The notes beneath the pieces are model-generated. The model made no database searches, was not told the origin of the DNA, and saw only the letters and a list, made by a program, of their open reading frames with translations. Made by a program: the position numbers and the translations under genes. From sequence record LC494302.1: a stretch of 64,000 bases of DNA; one strand, given 5' to 3'. Positions 39,634 through 49,620 of this stretch are shown here, in pieces (within the stretch, counting starts at the first letter, position 1; every line of letters begins with the position of its first letter).

Positions 39634-40530
39634 TTACTTACCAGAGATGACAATCTTACCACTGAAAGAAATATCAGAAGTGAAGATTACATCACCAGTA
39701 CTACTAATTTGTGTATCAGTCACTACCAATTCAAATGGAGATGACGAAACACTCCCAGGTGTTTTATTTGCATAAATTGAAATATACAAATTATCTGGTG
39801 TTTGATTGTGTTCAGATGCAGGAATAGTGATTGTAAAATCACCATCACTAGAAACCCAATCTGCTTGGTTTACCAATTTACTATAAGGTACTGTCATTGT
39901 TGTTGCTCCTATAATGTTTACTTTAACACTTGCATAATCTGTGATTTGACCAATCACATCAATTGTTATATCCCCAATACCACTAACTGTTACTGTGGTT
40001 TGGAATACTGATTCCAATGCAACATTACCTGGGTCACCTTGTAGTTGGATCATAATATCAGAACCTCTACCATGAACTGATTCTGGTAGTGTGTAAGTAT
40101 AATGATCAGTAGTATCTGGCACTAATGTAAATGCAGAAACAGGAACTATTTCAGTAGTTACATATGAGCTATCAGTCCCAGGTGAGCTACCTTTAAATGG
40201 TTTCCAAATACCAAGATCTTTAATATAAATTTGAAGAACATTAGTACTATCAACCAAAAAGTAAACGTCACCATCTAGACCGATCGAATCGGATGGTGCT
40301 GTTGTTCCACGTAAGATACCAGAACTACCACCACCACTGTGTGCGTTTAAATATCCTAATGTAACCAAGTGTGTGTTTGCAGTTGGTTCACCTGCTGAAA
40401 TTGGAAGAAGTTGTGTTCCTGAGTAGTTTTGAATTTGCACAACACTACCATTTGTGGTAATCTGTGCACCATTCTTCCCAAGAATGAAGGACTTCTTCAT
40501 GGTTCCTTCTAAATTAGAAAAAACTGCCAT
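39634..40530 (-). CDS. Tail fibre/adaptor protein sharing an N-terminal domain with 40547-42688
   Basis: MAVFSNLEGTMKKSFILGKNGA; G-rich linker; RGTTAPSDSIGLDGDVYF. Confidence 0.75.
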   Translation of the reverse strand: MAVFSNLEGTMKKSFILGKNGAQITTNGSVVQIQNYSGTQLLPISAGEPTANTHLVTLGYLNAHSGGGSSGILRGTTAPSDSIGLDGDVYFLVDSTNVLQIYIKDLGIWKPFKGSSPGTDSSYVTTEIVPVSAFTLVPDTTDHYTYTLPESVHGRGSDIMIQLQGDPGNVALESVFQTTVTVSGIGDITIDVIGQITDYASVKVNIIGATTMTVPYSKLVNQADWVSSDGDFTITIPASEHNQTPDNLYISIYANKTPGSVSSSPFELVVTDTQISSTGDVIFTSDISFSGKIVISGK

Positions 40531-40546
40531 TTTAATATAATCTCCT

Positions 40547-42688
40547 TTATGGTAGGGTTATGTAAGTTACGGGTTGGGCAGCTTTTAATGCTGCACCAGC
40601 GGCAGTTGCTGTTATGATAGGATCTGCAATATCAATTCTATATACGTTGTTTACAACATACACTGCACGAGTTATATACGTTCTCAAATCACCACCATTT
40701 TCACCAGCACCGGATATAATGATCTCAGTACCAGCAGCTTTTGCATATTGGTTTTCACCCCATGACACACCCAATGCTTCTATGTATGTTTGTCCTGCTA
40801 CCGTTTGTCTAATTGTGTCATATTTTCCGAAAAAAGAACCACCAACAGTTACAATATATTTTCCACCCGATTGTTTATGAATAATCGTGCCTTCAGAGAA
40901 ATAGCGTCCCCCAGGAAAAGTATCGTATGGAATATAATATTGCTCAACTACAGGTATCAGTACTGGGCCACGGTGTCCTGTACCATCGATTGCAGTTGTA
41001 ACTTTAAAGTTATTAGATGATTGGTCTATTCTGTCTACATACATTTTAGAAAAACTATATTTTGAAACATTACAATCATCTTGAACAACACAGTTAGTCC
41101 AATTAGTATAAGTATATTTAGAGCGAGTATAGATACCACCACCTTCGCCTTCGGTAGAGAGGTGTTGACCAATTACATCTAATTCTTTAGTTCTAATATC
41201 ACTAAATTTAGATGATGATGGCAAACCACGCCAAAGGATTTTAGAACAGGTGATATTGCTCAATTCTGTATTATTTAACCAATTATCAGAACCGGAAGTA
41301 TAAACAAGTATAGAAGACTCTGGAATATAGAGATTAGAAATTTTAAAGTTTCTAGGTGGTCCAGCAAAACGACCAGAAGTTACACCCCAGTTTATTGAAA
41401 CCATTCTATTTGTGATAGAAGGATCATTAAGCAAATGACCAGTCAACCCATCAATAATGAATTCTTTCGAACCATAAGTTATAACACCAGCAGTGGTTAA
41501 TCCAGTACCAACAGAAACTAAAGATGATGGATAAACTTCATTATTAAGTATTTTAAAGTCCATTCCTAATTCAACGTGGATACATTGTCTAACATTATAT
41601 AGTCTGTTATTTTTAATAACAAAGTTTCTGACATATTGTGTATCTGGTGCATCTAAACCATAAGGACCAGAACCAGCAACGCCAATACCAATGCCCCAGT
41701 TTGAAAGTGGGATTGGAGCGTTAGAACCATCAACGTTTTCAATTACGTTTCCTTCAATCACAAAACCATCAGGATAATGTGAGTTAATTACGTTTAGTTC
41801 AATTGCATCACCATATATATCATGTATGTGGTTATATGAATATCTACCAACCTTCATTTTCTCACCAGTACCTTGTTGAAGAACACCATACTTACATTGG
41901 GTCATTTCATTAAAGCAAAAATCTATTGTTCCTGGTTGTGTCATACCTTGCATTAAAAATGCAGCAGTACTTGTGATGTTTATAAATTTATTAAAATAAA
42001 ACTTACCATCGCCACCGAAGAATTTTAAATAACATCCAGTAAGTGTTGCAAATTGTATTTGGGAATTAATAACGGATACCATAGTACCACCATTACCAGT
42101 AATAGTTCCCCCAAACCAAGTTACATCTTCCAGGTATATTGCAGTTTTGATACGGTAATTACCACCAGCCTGAATTTGGATTTTATTTTCTTTAGCATAA
42201 GCAGCACATAAATTTACAGCAGCAGTGTCATCAGTTTCGCCATCACCTTTAGCACCAAATTCTTCTGGTGTTATATAAAACTGGGCCTGTTGAACTGTAC
42301 CTCCAGTAATAAGTCCGATGAAATCGCCACCATTTTTACTGGATAGAACTTTTTTATTAATGTATAATGATTTTACCCATGTACCATTACTTTTTGCAAA
42401 AATATCAACAATACCATCTTCATCAATTTGAAAATACGTATTATTGTTCTTTCCTACATCATCGGTAGGGGGTACAACACCAAATAATGCATTAGGGTTA
42501 TCTTCAAGATATTTTACGTTAACTGCTGAATTAGGGTCAGATGAAGTTCCTACCTTCAGTGGTAGGAACTGTTCTCCTAGATAATCTTTTATAGAAACTG
42601 AATCATTGATAAAATTTATTGAAGCACCTTTTTTCCCCAATATGAATTTGGGCTGCATAGTTCCTTCAAAATTAGAAAATACTGCCAT
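40547..42688 (-). CDS. Tailspike with WcaM-like (colanic acid) beta-helix depolymerase domain
   Basis: TPEEFGAKGDGETDDT. GDAIELNV, NWGIGIGVAG, VRNFV, RQCIHVE and YGSKEFIID match WcaM GDAIEWNV, NWGIGIGLAG, VKNFV, RQLVHVE and YGCDNFVID. Confidence 0.85.
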   Translation of the reverse strand: MAVFSNFEGTMQPKFILGKKGASINFINDSVSIKDYLGEQFLPLKVGTSSDPNSAVNVKYLEDNPNALFGVVPPTDDVGKNNNTYFQIDEDGIVDIFAKSNGTWVKSLYINKKVLSSKNGGDFIGLITGGTVQQAQFYITPEEFGAKGDGETDDTAAVNLCAAYAKENKIQIQAGGNYRIKTAIYLEDVTWFGGTITGNGGTMVSVINSQIQFATLTGCYLKFFGGDGKFYFNKFINITSTAAFLMQGMTQPGTIDFCFNEMTQCKYGVLQQGTGEKMKVGRYSYNHIHDIYGDAIELNVINSHYPDGFVIEGNVIENVDGSNAPIPLSNWGIGIGVAGSGPYGLDAPDTQYVRNFVIKNNRLYNVRQCIHVELGMDFKILNNEVYPSSLVSVGTGLTTAGVITYGSKEFIIDGLTGHLLNDPSITNRMVSINWGVTSGRFAGPPRNFKISNLYIPESSILVYTSGSDNWLNNTELSNITCSKILWRGLPSSSKFSDIRTKELDVIGQHLSTEGEGGGIYTRSKYTYTNWTNCVVQDDCNVSKYSFSKMYVDRIDQSSNNFKVTTAIDGTGHRGPVLIPVVEQYYIPYDTFPGGRYFSEGTIIHKQSGGKYIVTVGGSFFGKYDTIRQTVAGQTYIEALGVSWGENQYAKAAGTEIIISGAGENGGDLRTYITRAVYVVNNVYRIDIADPIITATAAGAALKAAQPVTYITLP

Positions 42689-42702
42689 TATGACATCCTC
42701 CC

Positions 42703-43866
42703 TTAAATATTATCTTGAATCGGTTGGATAGGAGCTTGCCATGAAAGAGTACAAATAATTTCCATTTTTCCATAAGGACTGTTGTTAACAGAATCGTTGA
42801 ATACACATGAAATAATTTCATCAACATCGGATGCTGCATGATTAGTTTCATTAACAATAAAACGCATCTGACGATTGATATCAAAGTAGGAAGTTGGTGC
42901 AATTACAGTCCCACCAATATCTTCTTGTGCTTCACCACCAAAACGTACAAACATATCAGTTACAGGAAGAGAATAAGGTTGTATAACGTTTACATCAATA
43001 TTAGAAACTACATATCCAGCAGGACACGTACCAATAACTAATAGTGCGTTAGTCCATGAGCTATCTATTGTATTTCTAATAGAAATTGTATCTTTACCTG
43101 GTGCACCTGGTTCGCCTTGTATACCTTGAATACCTTGCTGACCTTCTTTACCACGGAATAGAATACCCTCACTCCACTCTTTTGAAGGAGGGGTAGTTGT
43201 AGTTACTTCATCAACATAATATAGTTTTCCATCAGTGTTGTTATAAAAACAATAATCAACTGGAAGATTTTCAATACTTGGAAATTGATCACCACTGCTA
43301 TCAATATGGAAACGACCACGCGGACCTTGTTCACCACGGAAAGGTATACCATCACTCCAAGTAGCAGTTACACTTTGATAGAAATAAAGTTTACCATCTT
43401 GAGTATTATAAAATGTATAGTTATCAAAAAGACCAGTTGTTGGGAAAGTAGTTCCAGCACTATCAATGTGGAACGGCTTACCCGCTTCACCCGTATCACC
43501 TTTACCAAACTCAACACTAATCCATGTACTTGTCGGATCTTGTGCATCATTTGATTTAAAGTATAGAGTACTGGTATTGTTAGCCAAGCTTAAGTAGCAC
43601 CACCCAAGTGGTTCACCAACTTTAAATTGTTCGGAAGGAATTTCAAAACCAATCTCATTAGGATAAAAGTTTTTACCATTCTCGCCATTCTGTCCTACAA
43701 CAAGACCTAAATCTTGAATTGTGTTATCTGCATAGGTTACAATTAAATGCCCAGCACCATTAATAACTAGACTTTTGATGCCGGAGTTATTACATGAACC
43801 ACTGGACCCATTGTTAAATGAAATTGTCATAATATTTCCCTTGTATGAGTTAATGTCATATACCAA
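42703..43866 (-). CDS. Collagen-like repeat tail fibre protein
   Basis: GQNGENG, GDTGEAG, GEQGPRG, GQQGIQGIQGEPGAPG; repeated FHIDSxG and FYNxxDGKLY. Confidence 0.8.
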   Translation of the reverse strand: MVYDINSYKGNIMTISFNNGSSGSCNNSGIKSLVINGAGHLIVTYADNTIQDLGLVVGQNGENGKNFYPNEIGFEIPSEQFKVGEPLGWCYLSLANNTSTLYFKSNDAQDPTSTWISVEFGKGDTGEAGKPFHIDSAGTTFPTTGLFDNYTFYNTQDGKLYFYQSVTATWSDGIPFRGEQGPRGRFHIDSSGDQFPSIENLPVDYCFYNNTDGKLYYVDEVTTTTPPSKEWSEGILFRGKEGQQGIQGIQGEPGAPGKDTISIRNTIDSSWTNALLVIGTCPAGYVVSNIDVNVIQPYSLPVTDMFVRFGGEAQEDIGGTVIAPTSYFDINRQMRFIVNETNHAASDVDEIISCVFNDSVNNSPYGKMEIICTLSWQAPIQPIQDNI

Positions 43867-43908
43867 TATTTATCAGTACAAAATACATTTCGTTATCATT
43901 AATAAATA
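43867..43908. promoter_or_regulatory. Back-to-back divergent late promoters
   Basis: TATTTA at 43867-72 (minus-strand TAAATA) and TAAATA at 43903-08 in the gap between divergent genes. Confidence 0.55.
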
Positions 43909-43940
43909 AATGAAAGTTCACTACTAAAAGGGCTTAAACA

Positions 43941-44438
43941 ATGGCATTAAGATCAAAAGACTTTCTCTTCAGAAGAAAAACAAAAGATGGTTCATGGCAA
44001 GATTTTCCTGAATCTGATAGCTGGTATCCAGCTAACTTGGATTATCACTGGAATGAACAAACGTTACCACTCGCAAGTGGTGGCTACTATGGCTGTACTA
44101 CAGGTTTACATACTATTTCATTTACACTACGTAATTTTATTGGTAGAATTTATGTGTTAGCTACATTAGCTAGTAATCCTACTGATGATGATTGGTTTCC
44201 AATTAAATTCACTGAAAGTTGTAATTATTATCTTGAATTTACTGATATGGTTATTTTAAATCCAAATGGTGGGGATTTAATTAGACAACAAGGAACTACC
44301 GGAACATTTGCTGAAACAGTAACTGGTAATTTTACTTACCTTAAAGTTGGTATAGACCGTGATTATATTAGTAAGTATCCATCAGATGTCCAAAAAAGTT
44401 TAGCTGGGAAGTTAGAACAAATTTTAATTAACTACTAA
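43941..44438 (+). CDS. Hypothetical protein, probable virion protein
   Basis: 165-aa ORF after the late motif. Confidence 0.7.
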   Translation: MALRSKDFLFRRKTKDGSWQDFPESDSWYPANLDYHWNEQTLPLASGGYYGCTTGLHTISFTLRNFIGRIYVLATLASNPTDDDWFPIKFTESCNYYLEFTDMVILNPNGGDLIRQQGTTGTFAETVTGNFTYLKVGIDRDYISKYPSDVQKSLAGKLEQILINY

Positions 44439-44447
44439 GGATTAGAA

Positions 44448-45056
44448 ATGAAATTAGAAACAGAACAACCAAAACTATTTGTTAAAGGTCATGTCCTAAT
44501 TACTGACGTTACTGATCCATCAAATCAAAAAATCGTTTTAGATAAATCTAACGCTATTCACCCTGAAAATATGAGTACTGCCATTGCTAATGCGTTAGCA
44601 TATAATCAAGACAGTACTGGTATTCCTATTGGTTCTATTAGCGAGATGCGTTTTGGTAATGGTGGTACAGTAGTTTTAAGTACTGGTCGTGTTACTTATA
44701 AAAAACCACGTGTTACATCATTCGGTGGTTTGTATTCACAAACATATTTGAAAAAAATCAACCCACGAATTACGGCAGGTATTGATTCACAATACAATAA
44801 TATTACAACTGTACATATACCAGGACAGTCCTATACTGATATTGTATGTATTTGTACTCTAGGGTTAGGTGAACCATCCGACCAAGGTGTAAGCTCAGGG
44901 ACAAGCATGGATGGAACTTATGTATTTGATGAATTGGGATTGTACACGGATGGCGATAGTGGTATTCCTTTAACCCATATCATTTTTCACCCAGTTGAGA
45001 AAAGTGCAAACCGTGTCTTACAAATTAAATACACAGTTCGTGTACAATTACAATAA
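44448..45056 (+). CDS. Conserved virion structural protein
   Basis: FGNGGT, YVFDELGL and THIIFHPVEKSANR.LQIKYTVRV motifs typical of large-myovirus baseplate-region proteins. Confidence 0.7.
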   Translation: MKLETEQPKLFVKGHVLITDVTDPSNQKIVLDKSNAIHPENMSTAIANALAYNQDSTGIPIGSISEMRFGNGGTVVLSTGRVTYKKPRVTSFGGLYSQTYLKKINPRITAGIDSQYNNITTVHIPGQSYTDIVCICTLGLGEPSDQGVSSGTSMDGTYVFDELGLYTDGDSGIPLTHIIFHPVEKSANRVLQIKYTVRVQLQ

Positions 45057-45068
45057 TGGGGACATATA

Positions 45069-46169
45069 ATGAGTGTTAATTATACAATTTATAGAAGTAA
45101 TGGTAGTGTTTATGCTACCATTCCAAATAATGTTATTTTAGGACCAAACCAGCCCGGAAGTAACCCAGTTCCGTTAAATTTAGTTGGTAGAAATAAAGTA
45201 AGTTACGGTCAAGCATGGAATGAAAACTTTTTACATTTAGTTGAAAATTTCAGTTCAGCATCTGCACCACGTGGCAACGTCAATGGTCAACTTTGGTATA
45301 GAAACACTGGTAGTACTGGTGAGTTATTGATATCATTAGTTGATAATGCTAGACAACCTGCTGATATGGTAAGTGAAGCTGAATGGGCGTCTATCCCTAT
45401 GATTACTGTTTTTAACACAGTACCTGATGGTGAAAATAGTGTTATGGGTCGTATGGTATTAACTAGTAACGGTGATTCTCTTCGTGTGTTAATGAAAAAC
45501 AAAGAATGGCGTGAAATTCAAACATCTAGACCAGAAAACAAAGAGTATTCATCATTATTAGATATTAACTATGATAATGGTAAAAAATATATAGAGTTCA
45601 CACAAAGTAATAGTACTAAACCAATTGCGTATTTTAACTTAGGTGGTACTTCACAAGTAGATACAAATAACTGGACAACATTAACTAATGGTACTGGTGT
45701 CTTTGAATTTGGTAGCAACTATTTCTATGAATTAAAAATTATGATTAGAGAAGTAAATGATTCTTCTGGTGAGATAGTTTCTCTTCCATACAATTCAAAA
45801 ACCTTTTTTATAAAAGGGCAATTTTATGTAGATAATCAAGGAACTTTTGTTCCTGGTTCGGTGGGGGCAAGTCAAATGCCAGACCCACGTAGGATTACAC
45901 AATTAGAATCCATAAAAGATGTTATTACCAGTAGTCGCCCAAACTGGGACGTAAATATTGTTATTAATGGTGTAGATCCATCTATCCCAAATCCTAATGG
46001 AACATCTAAAGCTGATTATGAAAATTGGGTTATCAATTCTCTAAACTCAAATAAAAATTTAGGTTTTCGAGTTGATGGTAGCATTAGTAATCTAACTGCT
46101 GGTGAATCCGTTAAACTACAAGCATCCGTGTTGTTAAATATTACAGGTATTCCGATTATTGGAGTATAA
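45069..46169 (+). CDS. Virion structural (baseplate/fibre) protein
   Basis: LNLVGRN..SYGQAWNENFLHLVENF...P....GQLWY N-terminal motif. Confidence 0.7.
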   Translation: MSVNYTIYRSNGSVYATIPNNVILGPNQPGSNPVPLNLVGRNKVSYGQAWNENFLHLVENFSSASAPRGNVNGQLWYRNTGSTGELLISLVDNARQPADMVSEAEWASIPMITVFNTVPDGENSVMGRMVLTSNGDSLRVLMKNKEWREIQTSRPENKEYSSLLDINYDNGKKYIEFTQSNSTKPIAYFNLGGTSQVDTNNWTTLTNGTGVFEFGSNYFYELKIMIREVNDSSGEIVSLPYNSKTFFIKGQFYVDNQGTFVPGSVGASQMPDPRRITQLESIKDVITSSRPNWDVNIVINGVDPSIPNPNGTSKADYENWVINSLNSNKNLGFRVDGSISNLTAGESVKLQASVLLNITGIPIIGV

Positions 46170-46195
46170 AAAAAGGAGCCACACGGCTCCTTTTT
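46168..46195. terminator. Bidirectional terminator
   Basis: AAAAAGGAGCC-acac-GGCTCCTTTTT between convergent genes. Confidence 0.88.
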
Positions 46196-46198
46196 GTT

Positions 46199-46663
46199 TT
46201 AATATCTATATGGTAAACTGTTGACAAACTGTGTACCTTCACGTATACTTTCCCATAGTGAGTAAAAATCTTTCATTAAGTTTGTGTTAAGTAAAGTATT
46301 TTTAGCACCAGGGTGTAATGGTTTAGGCCAAGAACCAATTCTAACCCAAGCATAACCAGAGCTTTCATGATTTAAAGTTGGTACAAATTCATTCTCAACT
46401 ACAATAACAAATGAATAATATTTAAATTTACCATTTTTTGTACAAAATACATCAAACGGTATAATATCAATAATGTTAGGTATTGAGTTGCCCAACTCTT
46501 CTTTAATTTCTCTCATCAGACCTTGTAGTGGTGTTTCGTTATGTTCAAGCTTTCCACCAACAAATGCCCAGTTGTTAGAATAGGTACTTCTTTCAGAACG
46601 CAAGTTTAACATCATATGTCCAGTACTTTTTGATAAAAATATAGCACCAACCGCTTCATTCAT
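46199..46663 (-). CDS. Second Nudix hydrolase
   Basis: AVGAIF...WAFVGGKLEHNETPLQGLMREIKEELG. Confidence 0.9.
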   Translation of the reverse strand: MNEAVGAIFLSKSTGHMMLNLRSERSTYSNNWAFVGGKLEHNETPLQGLMREIKEELGNSIPNIIDIIPFDVFCTKNGKFKYYSFVIVVENEFVPTLNHESSGYAWVRIGSWPKPLHPGAKNTLLNTNLMKDFYSLWESIREGTQFVNSLPYRY

Positions 46664-46676
46664 AACAACACCTCCT

Positions 46677-48020
46677 TTATTTGTCAGTGAAAGTTATTTT
46701 CCAATATCCCTGACGATACACAGGCATGATACTTTTATGCCATTTAAATTTGTCATTATATCTATAATAACCATTGTCTTCTTTATTATAAATGTAATTT
46801 CGTACAGTAGATGGATCAATTAATTGTGCACCATCATTTGTAATTTTAAACAAATAATTTGATGGGATTTCGGTTTCTTTATAAATGATGTTATGTATAC
46901 TGTTATTTACATAATATTGTTCAGGTAATGCACTTGAAAGTACTGAATCTTTCTGCACAAACCCATGTATAGTGTAATCAACAGTATAATTGGTATTATC
47001 AAGCTGTACTATAATTTTGTTGGCATCTTCATTTTCACCATACGACGCTATATGACCTTTTAGTGGGTTGTCTTCTTCAATAGATTGTTGAAATTTAATC
47101 CCTACTTTTTTGTCATCAAAATTTGGTTCTAGATATTTAAGATATTTTTCCCATGAATATATTCCACCGTTGGGAGAAACCGCAGATAGCGATTGGCTAA
47201 CCAAGGTAAGTTGGTATGTATCAGGTAAATTATACTTGGAATTAGTAATTTCTTCAACTTTAATGCATAAATTCTTGGGTGTAAAAACATCTGTTATTAT
47301 ATCTGAATAATTTCCCATTTCAAAATCAAATTCGTCACGAGCACCTTTAATATTTGTAGTAATCTGTTGGATTAATTTTGGTTTTTCAACAATAGCTGGT
47401 AAAGAAAACCATATTGTCGTTTCAAATGTTAAAACCATTATATCCAAATCTGGGTCAGTTCCTTGTGGAAAACCACGAGTAGAAAACTGACAATCTATTA
47501 GTTCAACATCACTAAGCGATGTCCAATCTAACGGGTTATCAGATAATTGAAGTTGTATACTAGGTGCAAACAAAGTTGAGATTTGTTCGAATAATTCCAT
47601 TTTAGTTTGAGTTTGAGTTACCCAAATATTCAAATCAAACGTAAAAGTCCAAGGTACTGGGTTATGTCTTACAATTTTGTATTGTGTGTCAAGATCTTTT
47701 GTGTACTCATTAATAGCAGGGGACTTGTTAGACCCCATTACTATAGTTTCGTTGGCATTAGAACGAATATTTTTACGATCCAACTTTAGTTGATTAACAC
47801 TTATGGTCATTATAGGTGCTGATGGGAGAACATTTTCACTATTCCCATTTATAATTGCTGCTGCCATTCTTGAAATATCGGCATAGCGACATGGAACCTT
47901 TTTGTATTTTGGGTTTCCATTAGCATCAATACCATTTTGTACTTGAAATTCACCAAAAACTCTGATAAGATGTTTCAGTACTCTGCGAAATTGACCGTCA
48001 TAATAATAATCTATTTTCAT
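46677..48020 (-). CDS. Tail terminator/sheath stabiliser (T4 gp15-like)
   Basis: YYYDGQFRR...FGEFQV, VPCRYA, PVPWTFTFDLNIW and EQISTLF. Confidence 0.75.
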   Translation of the reverse strand: MKIDYYYDGQFRRVLKHLIRVFGEFQVQNGIDANGNPKYKKVPCRYADISRMAAAIINGNSENVLPSAPIMTISVNQLKLDRKNIRSNANETIVMGSNKSPAINEYTKDLDTQYKIVRHNPVPWTFTFDLNIWVTQTQTKMELFEQISTLFAPSIQLQLSDNPLDWTSLSDVELIDCQFSTRGFPQGTDPDLDIMVLTFETTIWFSLPAIVEKPKLIQQITTNIKGARDEFDFEMGNYSDIITDVFTPKNLCIKVEEITNSKYNLPDTYQLTLVSQSLSAVSPNGGIYSWEKYLKYLEPNFDDKKVGIKFQQSIEEDNPLKGHIASYGENEDANKIIVQLDNTNYTVDYTIHGFVQKDSVLSSALPEQYYVNNSIHNIIYKETEIPSNYLFKITNDGAQLIDPSTVRNYIYNKEDNGYYRYNDKFKWHKSIMPVYRQGYWKITFTDK

Positions 48021-49522
48021 TCTGTGTCCTTATGTATGCGATAAACAGTATTAGGTTTAACTGCGTCATGTAATGGAACTTTGTTATCACTATTTACAAA
48101 CTGTGTAAGTGCTAAGTCTGCACCTTCCCACGGTTTTCTTCCACCATAATCAAAAATAACCCATGAATTCTTAGTTGCATTGAATTCCCATAACGTAACT
48201 GGAGTATAATCGGTGCGATAGAAATAGTCACCATCTACTGCATCAGTTGGGAACATATTTCCTTCAGGGACTGTACCTCGTGCTGGTGGAATTTTAGGAC
48301 GATAATCTTGTTGCGAATCAATATTACCATATACACAATTGGACGTGAATGGTTCATTGACATAAGTTACCTTTGGTTCCCCCCACTTGTCATCATTATA
48401 CTGATAAATGTGTGGTTCTTTATAAAAAATACAAAAATCTTCCACATCTTCTGGTGGAACATCACTGGTAGTATATTCTACATCACAATTTAACCATTTT
48501 TTAGCACTTTTATCATATTGATACAACGTATAACCTGTCACATCTGCGTCATTTTCTTTAAAGAAGAAGTCACCATCCATTGGTTTTCTGGGAAAGATGG
48601 TTCCACGCTTGACTTCCACAGAAATCCATGTATCATTAACAAACTCTTTGAGTACTGGGTATGTTTTTTTCAAAAAATACATTCCATCGGCAGGTTCTTC
48701 TGGAAAATCATAACCGTTAAGCATATATTTTGATAAATCTACTGTATCAGGTCGATCATCATACAAATGTTCATTTGTATAATGAATATAGGGTACTTCA
48801 TCATCAGCTTGCATGATGATACGGTTCATGATATCCATTTCATTGCCATAGTTACTGTTTTCCGACGAACCATCATCGGTATTTCCATTACCATTATTAG
48901 GGTCATCTGGATTATCAGGATAATTATTGTTACCGAGTAAATCGGAGTACTCAGGTGAGTCGGTTAGCGGTTTAACTCTAAGTTTATAAATGTGATGTTG
49001 CCACGTAACCGAGTATCCCTCAGATGTACGAAATGCATCTTGGACGACATAGAAGCGGTTTAGACCTGTATCTTTACCCAATACATCAAAATCACGTAAA
49101 TTTGGTAGTTCTATCACATCCCCTGGCATGATTTTTCTACCTAAACGCTGCATCATTGTATTATAATGGATTGTGATGTCCATAGTGTTGAAATTAAAGA
49201 ACAATCCTGGGATTTTCAAGTCTGGAGTTGCTTCTTGAACTTGATAGACACAACTAAGTGTGATAGCTTCAAGGTTGTAGTTTCTGTTTGGTGTGTCACC
49301 AAAAATTAAATCGCCAATACTTGACACAACTGATCCTGAAGATGTATAATCACCTCCATAGGATAAGTCAGTGTTGTCAGCAACTTGTTTTGGACCGACA
49401 TATGCATAAAGCCACATGTCAACTCCACCAATGTTGTATTGTTCAGCAATGGCAGAATCAATGAACTTGTAATCATTGGTTCTACCTTTTTTCCACATTC
49501 TATATGTCATGATTGTCTCCAA
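48017..49522 (-). CDS. Neck protein (T4 gp14-like) with C-terminal extension
   Basis: GGVDMWLY, GDTPNRNY, GRKIMPGDVIELP and W.HHIY.L; TAAATA upstream at 49542-49547. Confidence 0.7.
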   Translation of the reverse strand: METIMTYRMWKKGRTNDYKFIDSAIAEQYNIGGVDMWLYAYVGPKQVADNTDLSYGGDYTSSGSVVSSIGDLIFGDTPNRNYNLEAITLSCVYQVQEATPDLKIPGLFFNFNTMDITIHYNTMMQRLGRKIMPGDVIELPNLRDFDVLGKDTGLNRFYVVQDAFRTSEGYSVTWQHHIYKLRVKPLTDSPEYSDLLGNNNYPDNPDDPNNGNGNTDDGSSENSNYGNEMDIMNRIIMQADDEVPYIHYTNEHLYDDRPDTVDLSKYMLNGYDFPEEPADGMYFLKKTYPVLKEFVNDTWISVEVKRGTIFPRKPMDGDFFFKENDADVTGYTLYQYDKSAKKWLNCDVEYTTSDVPPEDVEDFCIFYKEPHIYQYNDDKWGEPKVTYVNEPFTSNCVYGNIDSQQDYRPKIPPARGTVPEGNMFPTDAVDGDYFYRTDYTPVTLWEFNATKNSWVIFDYGGRKPWEGADLALTQFVNSDNKVPLHDAVKPNTVYRIHKDTE

Positions 49523-49552
49523 AATAAATCGGGTATATCTTTATTTACCTTG

Positions 49553-49580
49553 TAGACAAACCGTAAGAATGTGATATAAT
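49553..49580 (+). promoter_or_regulatory. Sigma70-type promoter for clpA
   Basis: TAGACA-N16-TATAAT with ATGTGA before the -10 box. Confidence 0.7.
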
Positions 49581-49620
49581 GTTTATTAATTAGAGTGACG
49601 TGAATCACATAGGAGAATAC

